From Pseudomonadota bacterium (GTDB taxonomy: Bacteria > Pseudomonadota > Alphaproteobacteria > SHVP01): 64,000 nucleotides of DNA. Below are positions 59,388-64,000 of this stretch, in pieces. The stretch's first letter is position 1. Each line of letters starts with the position of its first letter. The position numbers and the translations under genes are program-made. The notes beneath the pieces were generated by a model. The model worked only from the letters and a program-made list of their open reading frames with translations. It searched no databases and was not told the origin of the DNA. The stretch lies in contig JAQBYN010000015.1 of assembly GCA_027622715.1 (NCBI GenBank), positions 11,745-75,744 on the forward strand, written 5' to 3'.

Positions 59388-60634
59388 TCTGCGGCCTCCG
59401 CCACGGCCGCGCCGCTTTTGAGCACGGGTTTGCTAATACTTTCCGGCAACGGTCTGGGTCGTTCGAACCATCCCACGAACGGCAGGATGATCACAAAATG
59501 GGCAAAGTAGTAGGCGGTCGCCAAGCGGCCGATCAACAGAGACGCGCCCTCCGGATGCTGCGCCCCGACCCATCCGAGGATGATGACATCGAGCACGAAG
59601 ATCCAGAAAAAGTAGCGATAGGTCGGCCGGAACCGAGCGGACCGTACCCGTGACGTATCGAGCCATGGCAGCAGGAACAGGATGGCAATTGACGCCCCAA
59701 ACATGACGACCCCACCGAGCTTATCGGGAATCGACCGCAAGATCGCGTAGAACGGCAAGAAGTACCATTCAGGCACGATGTTTGCCGGCGTTTGCAACGG
59801 ATCGGCCGGTTTGAAGTTGTCGGGATGCGACAGGAAGTTTGGTTCGTAAAACACCAAAAAGGCGAGGACGATGAAGGATAGGCCAATCACCGACATGTAC
59901 TTGGAGGTGTAATACGGATGGTACGGAATGGTGTCTTGCTTGCTGCGGGTCGAAATCCCAACGGGATTTGACGATCCATGAACGTGCAACGCCCAGACAT
60001 GGAGGAGCGAGATCCCGAAAATCACGAACGGCAACAAATAATGCAAGCTGTAGAAACGTTGTAGCGTCGGGCTATCGACGGCAAACCCGCCCCACAGCCA
60101 CGTGGTGATTCCGTTGCCAACCAACGGGATCGCCGAGAATAGGTTGGTGATCACCGTGGCCGCCCAAAAGCTCATTTGGCCCCACGGCAGGACGTAACCC
60201 ATAAACGCCGTCGCCATCATGACGACAAAAATGACCACGCCAATGATCCACAATAATTCCCGTGGCGCCTTGTACGAGCCGTAGTACATGCCGCGCAAAA
60301 TGTGCAGATAAACCGCGGCGAAAAACAGCGAGGCGCCGTTGGCGTGGACGTAGCGCAACAGCCAACCGTAATTGACGTTGCGCATGATTTGCTCGACCGA
60401 ATCGAAAGCCATTGCCCCGTTCGGAATGTAATGCATCGCCAGGAAGATGCCCGTGGCGATCTGAATGATCAGCGCGAGAAACAGAACCGATCCGAGCGAC
60501 CACCAATAGTTGAGGTTCTTCGGCGTCGGCATGTCGCGACCGATCGTCGCTTCCACCGCACTGAAAATGGGCATGCGATATTCGACCCATCGAATCAGGC
60601 GGTTGTTGTACTGGCGTGCAGGTCCTCCGGCCAT
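59384..60634 (-). CDS. petB: cytochrome b
   Basis: 416 aa. [26 protein letters not shown], haem-ligand His residues and a PEWYFLPFY motif are present. Confidence 0.95.
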   Translation of the reverse strand: MAGGPARQYNNRLIRWVEYRMPIFSAVEATIGRDMPTPKNLNYWWSLGSVLFLALIIQIATGIFLAMHYIPNGAMAFDSVEQIMRNVNYGWLLRYVHANGASLFFAAVYLHILRGMYYGSYKAPRELLWIIGVVIFVVMMATAFMGYVLPWGQMSFWAATVITNLFSAIPLVGNGITTWLWGGFAVDSPTLQRFYSLHYLLPFVIFGISLLHVWALHVHGSSNPVGISTRSKQDTIPYHPYYTSKYMSVIGLSFIVLAFLVFYEPNFLSHPDNFKPADPLQTPANIVPEWYFLPFYAILRSIPDKLGGVVMFGASIAILFLLPWLDTSRVRSARFRPTYRYFFWIFVLDVIILGWVGAQHPEGASLLIGRLATAYYFAHFVIILPFVGWFERPRPLPESISKPVLKSGAAVAEAAE

Positions 60635-60644
60635 CTAACGTCCC

Positions 60645-61187
60645 CTACCCGAGTTGGATTGTTGTATCGCTGATGAACGAATAGGGCGGCACATCGAGAT
60701 TCTTTGGTGCCGGGCCTTTGCGAATGCGCCCCGAGGTATCGTAGTGCGATCCATGACAGGGGCAGAACCAACCGCCGAAATCACCAAGACGCTCGCCGAC
60801 GCGCTGCCCCTGAGGAATGCACCCCAGATGAGTGCAGATTCCGATCAACACAAGCCATTCTTTGCGCTGGACCCGGTCGGCATCGGCTTGTGGATCCTTT
60901 AGATCCCCGAGCGCAACACCCTCCGCCTCCTCAATTTTTGCCGGCGCGCGATGGTCGATAAAGACCGGTTTCTTGCGCCATAATACAGTGATCCGCTGAC
61001 CCTCCTCGATCGGCGTGAGATCAACCTCCGCGGTCGCCTCCGCCAACACGTCGCGAGACGGGTTCATTGAATTCACAAAGGGCCAAACTGCCAAGCCAGC
61101 GCCTACCGCCGATGCCGAAATTGCGGCAACGAAGATGAAGTCGCGGCGGGGTCCCTCTTCGCCCGGGTGCGGGGCCGTCGTCGCCAT
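60645..61187 (-). CDS. petA: ubiquinol-cytochrome c reductase iron-sulfur (Rieske) subunit
   Basis: Rieske boxes CTHLGC and CPCHGS. Tat-like N-terminus with a TM anchor. Confidence 0.95.
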   Translation of the reverse strand: MATTAPHPGEEGPRRDFIFVAAISASAVGAGLAVWPFVNSMNPSRDVLAEATAEVDLTPIEEGQRITVLWRKKPVFIDHRAPAKIEEAEGVALGDLKDPQADADRVQRKEWLVLIGICTHLGCIPQGQRVGERLGDFGGWFCPCHGSHYDTSGRIRKGPAPKNLDVPPYSFISDTTIQLG

Positions 61188-61336
61188 GTACCAACCTCGT
61201 TAAAACCAAGGATTTGTGCGCGCCTTTATTCCATCAATTCCAAATAAAGTCCACAATCAGCGGCGAGGGCGACATGTTGCCGCAGCGCAATATATTGGCC
61301 GGTCCCAGCCAGACTCCGCTCGAAGTTGAAACCCAA

Positions 61337-61825
61337 ATGCGCCTCGCCCTGTACCAGCCTGACATTCCGCAAAACCTAGGGACGCTTATCCGCCTCGGGG
61401 CATGCCTCGGCGTTCCGCTAGATATCGTCGAGCCCTGCGGATTCCCCTTCGGCGACCGCAGTTTAAAGCGGGCGGCGATGGATTATGCGGCGGCCGCATC
61501 TATCACCCGCCACACTTCGTGGGCGGCATTTTGCCGCGCCCGAGGGGGTGCCCGACTGGTTTTGCTGACAACCAAAGCGAGTACGACGTACCAAGATTTC
61601 GCTTTTGAACCGGATGATTGTCTTTTAGTTGGCAGCGAAAGTAGCGGCGTTCCTGAAACGGTTCACGCAGAGGCCGACCATCGCCTGTGCATTCCGATGA
61701 AACCCGGCCTGCGATCGCTCAATGTGGCCATCGCTGCCGCAATGGTCGTCGGCGAGGCCTTGCGTCAAACTCGCGCTCTGGCCGCGTATGATAGTCAATC
61801 GGCAAAGGACACCCCGCATGGATGA
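61337..61825 (+). CDS. trmL: tRNA (cytidine(34)/U34-2'-O)-methyltransferase, SpoU/TrmL family
   Basis: The ATG at 61337 gives [31 protein letters not shown] knot is present ([11 protein letters not shown]…[13 protein letters not shown]). The long upstream extension is rejected. Confidence 0.8.
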   Translation: MRLALYQPDIPQNLGTLIRLGACLGVPLDIVEPCGFPFGDRSLKRAAMDYAAAASITRHTSWAAFCRARGGARLVLLTTKASTTYQDFAFEPDDCLLVGSESSGVPETVHAEADHRLCIPMKPGLRSLNVAIAAAMVVGEALRQTRALAAYDSQSAKDTPHG

Positions 61826-62669
61826 AAATTTCGAGGCCCACCAAGTCGCCGCCGCAGAATGGTTCGAAATCCTGCGTGATCGGATTTGCGCTGCGTTCGA
61901 AGCGATCGAGGACGACCACGCCGGCACCAACCGCGACAAACCCGCCGGTCGCTTCGCGCGCAAGACTTGGGCACGACCTGGCGGCGGCGGCGGCACGATG
62001 TCGACCATGAAGGGCCGCGTCTTTGAGAAAGTCGGTGTCAACATTTCGACCGTCCACGGAACGTTCTCGGAGGAATTTCGGAAGAATATTCCCGGTGCCG
62101 AAAAGGACGGAGGATTTTGGGCAGGCGGGATTTCGCTTGTCGGGCATATGTGTTCGCCCGTGGTGCCAGCCGTGCATATGAACACGCGGTTTATCACGAC
62201 CAGCAAGGCTTGGTTCGGCGGCGGCGCGGACCTGACGCCAATGATTGCGAACGACGCTGATACCGAGACATTTCACGCCGCGCTGCGCGGCGCGTGTGAT
62301 CGGTTCGACCCCGCCTACTACGACAAATTCAAAAAATGGTGCGACGAATATTTTTTCATCAAACACCGAGACGAACCGCGCGGGGTAGGTGGAATATTTT
62401 ACGACTACCTTGATTCCGGAAATTGGGATGACGACTTCGGCTTCACGCGCGCGGTCGGCGAAACGTTCGAGACGGTCTACCCGAAAATCGTCCGACAGCA
62501 CTTCGACGAACCCTGGACCGAGGAACAGCGCGAACACCAGCTGGTCCGGCGTGGGCGCTACGTGGAATTCAATCTTGTCTATGACCGAGGTACGCAGTTC
62601 GGCCTCAAGACCGGCGGCAATGTCGAGGCAATCCTCATGTCGCTGCCGCCCGAGGTGAAGTGGCCGTGA
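61818..62669 (+). CDS. hemF: oxygen-dependent coproporphyrinogen III oxidase
   Basis: The ATG at 61818 gives [19 protein letters not shown]. The HemF core is present ([23 protein letters not shown]…[16 protein letters not shown]). It overlaps the trmL end by 8 nt. Confidence 0.92.
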   Translation: MDENFEAHQVAAAEWFEILRDRICAAFEAIEDDHAGTNRDKPAGRFARKTWARPGGGGGTMSTMKGRVFEKVGVNISTVHGTFSEEFRKNIPGAEKDGGFWAGGISLVGHMCSPVVPAVHMNTRFITTSKAWFGGGADLTPMIANDADTETFHAALRGACDRFDPAYYDKFKKWCDEYFFIKHRDEPRGVGGIFYDYLDSGNWDDDFGFTRAVGETFETVYPKIVRQHFDEPWTEEQREHQLVRRGRYVEFNLVYDRGTQFGLKTGGNVEAILMSLPPEVKWP

Positions 62670-62751
62670 CGAGCACTCGACCCGACTGCTGGTCAGTCGC
62701 GCGGGGCCTCCTTAGGATGGCCGTACGCACCCCTGCACCTGATGAGCCGCA

Positions 62752-63297
62752 ATGAGATTCATCGCCGCCGTTCTCGTCGCCATCCTGGCCACCGTCTCTG
62801 CCCAAGCCGCAGAGGCTGGGGTTAAAGATTTCTATGGCCGGTGGCTCGGCGAAGGGATCGCCGAGACCGAGACCGGCGAAGATACCGAGCGCGAATTGCG
62901 CGGACTGGAAGTGATTGTCCGAGATCATCCCTCCGGGTTCCAATTGTGTTGGTCGACCATCCGCGCCACGCCCGGCCGACCCGATCGCCAGAGTTTCGCC
63001 ATGATGCTGTTCGCCCCGACTGGCGAACCGGAGTCCTGGAAAGCAATCTTCTCGGCCGACGGCTCGGCGAGCCAAGGGAGCGCACGAGCCGAACTCAAAG
63101 ACCAAACTCTTCGCGTCTTTAATCGCGCGGTGCGAGAGGACGGCAAGATCGAATTGCAGATCTACGAGAGAAGCCTGACCCGCGGTGGAATGGACCTGCA
63201 TTTCACGCGGTTCGACGATGACCGTTTGGTGCGCGTCGTTCAGGGACGACTAGAACCCGCGGCGCAAAACAGCGGCAATTCGGCATCGTGGTGTTGA
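62752..63297 (+). CDS. hypothetical secreted protein (signal peptide), paralog 1
   Basis: 181 aa. The signal MRFIAAVLVAILATVSAQA is present. I recognise no domain. It is homologous to the next ORF. Confidence 0.55.
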   Translation: MRFIAAVLVAILATVSAQAAEAGVKDFYGRWLGEGIAETETGEDTERELRGLEVIVRDHPSGFQLCWSTIRATPGRPDRQSFAMMLFAPTGEPESWKAIFSADGSASQGSARAELKDQTLRVFNRAVREDGKIELQIYERSLTRGGMDLHFTRFDDDRLVRVVQGRLEPAAQNSGNSASWC

Positions 63298-63355
63298 GCA
63301 ATTGGTCGCGAGGCCCGCGCTTCGCTAAACTCGGCGCAATAGGTGGGAGATCGAG

Positions 63356-63901
63356 ATGACGCGTTTAAGGATTGCTTTGGTCGCCGTGACGGTCGCTGCG
63401 CTACTTGGCGGCACGGCGTGGGCCCAGTCCACGGTCAACATTGCCGCGTTCTACGGCAAATGGTCTGGCAGTGCGATTTCCGAAAGCAATATCAGCATCA
63501 ACTTCCAACTGACCGCGCGCGACATGGATATCGAGGTGCGTCCAGCCGGCACCGGTTTCACGGTCATCTGGACGACCGTGCTGCGCCAAAGCGGCAACCC
63601 GAATGCGCCGACCGCAGAACGGCGGTCGACCGAACTTAGCTTCGAGCCGACATCGCGGCCCAACGTGTGGCGCGCGGTGGGCTCAAATGACCCGCTCATC
63701 GACGAACGCTTTGCCTGGGCCCGCCTCACCAAACAAACGCTCACGATTCATACCTTGGTGATTCGCGATGACGGCGGCTACGACATGCAGATCTACGATC
63801 GCGCGCTGAAACCGACCGGCATGGAATTGGAATTTACGGCGTTTCGGGATGGCGAAGAGCGGCGCACCGCGAAGGGGCGGTTGGTCAAGGTCGCGAATTA
63901 G
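63356..63901 (+). CDS. hypothetical secreted protein (signal peptide), paralog 2
   Basis: 181 aa. The signal LRIALVAVTVAALLGGTAWAQS is present. It shares FYGK/RW, GF..W.T, QTL.…IR.DG.…QIY.R.L, G..L.FT.F and KGRL blocks with the previous ORF. Confidence 0.55.
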   Translation: MTRLRIALVAVTVAALLGGTAWAQSTVNIAAFYGKWSGSAISESNISINFQLTARDMDIEVRPAGTGFTVIWTTVLRQSGNPNAPTAERRSTELSFEPTSRPNVWRAVGSNDPLIDERFAWARLTKQTLTIHTLVIRDDGGYDMQIYDRALKPTGMELEFTAFRDGEERRTAKGRLVKVAN

Positions 63902-64000
63902 ACCGCCGCCGACCCGCCGGCCACTTGCCGTTCCAAATCGCGAAGTTTGCGCAAACAAGCTCTGCGATCGGCGGCAAAATCCCCGGCTATCCACCATGCT

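Overview
A 64 kb chromosomal segment with high GC content (~65% by eye), most likely from an alphaproteobacterium, and consisting largely of conserved core genes. The window opens inside carB (its 5' end lies upstream). In order it then carries greA; a hybrid PAS sensor kinase; Lrp; an ELM1-like protein; trxB; a LysR regulator; a periplasmic 5'-nucleotidase; rsgA; msrP; an EF-G paralog; panE and an aspartate aminotransferase; a formate/nitrite transporter; uvrB; a split YeeE/YedE pair; a CaCA antiporter coupled to an SDR and folB; uvrC; a pgsA-mobB-moeA-moaD-moaE operon; ilvE; a MarR/response-regulator/histidine-kinase triad; proC; lgt with an NDUFAF7-like methyltransferase and pgeF; a beta-carbonic anhydrase; prs-rplY-pth-ychF; a MaoC/dienelactone hydrolase/FAD-oxidase/TRAP (dctPQM) module; a methionine-salvage operon (mtnP-apt-mtnA); the cytochrome bc1 operon petABC; trmL; and hemF. 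No rRNA, tRNA, CRISPR array, transposase or integrase was recognised. The most unusual feature is that mtnP-apt-mtnA continues into a 685-aa class-II-aldolase/short-chain-dehydrogenase fusion and a two-domain VOC protein. I interpret this as a fused DHAP-shunt-type branch of 5'-methylthioadenosine salvage. Other candidates are an AT-rich regulatory island with a 17-bp perfect palindrome and a tandem 19-bp repeat in front of the YeeE/YedE pair; a 20-bp perfect palindrome in the leader of the EF-G paralog; a possible small RNA or attenuator between the LysR gene and the 5'-nucleotidase gene; and a tandem pair of secreted paralogs of unknown function. Gene starts were refined by hand from the ORF track and should be treated as approximate.
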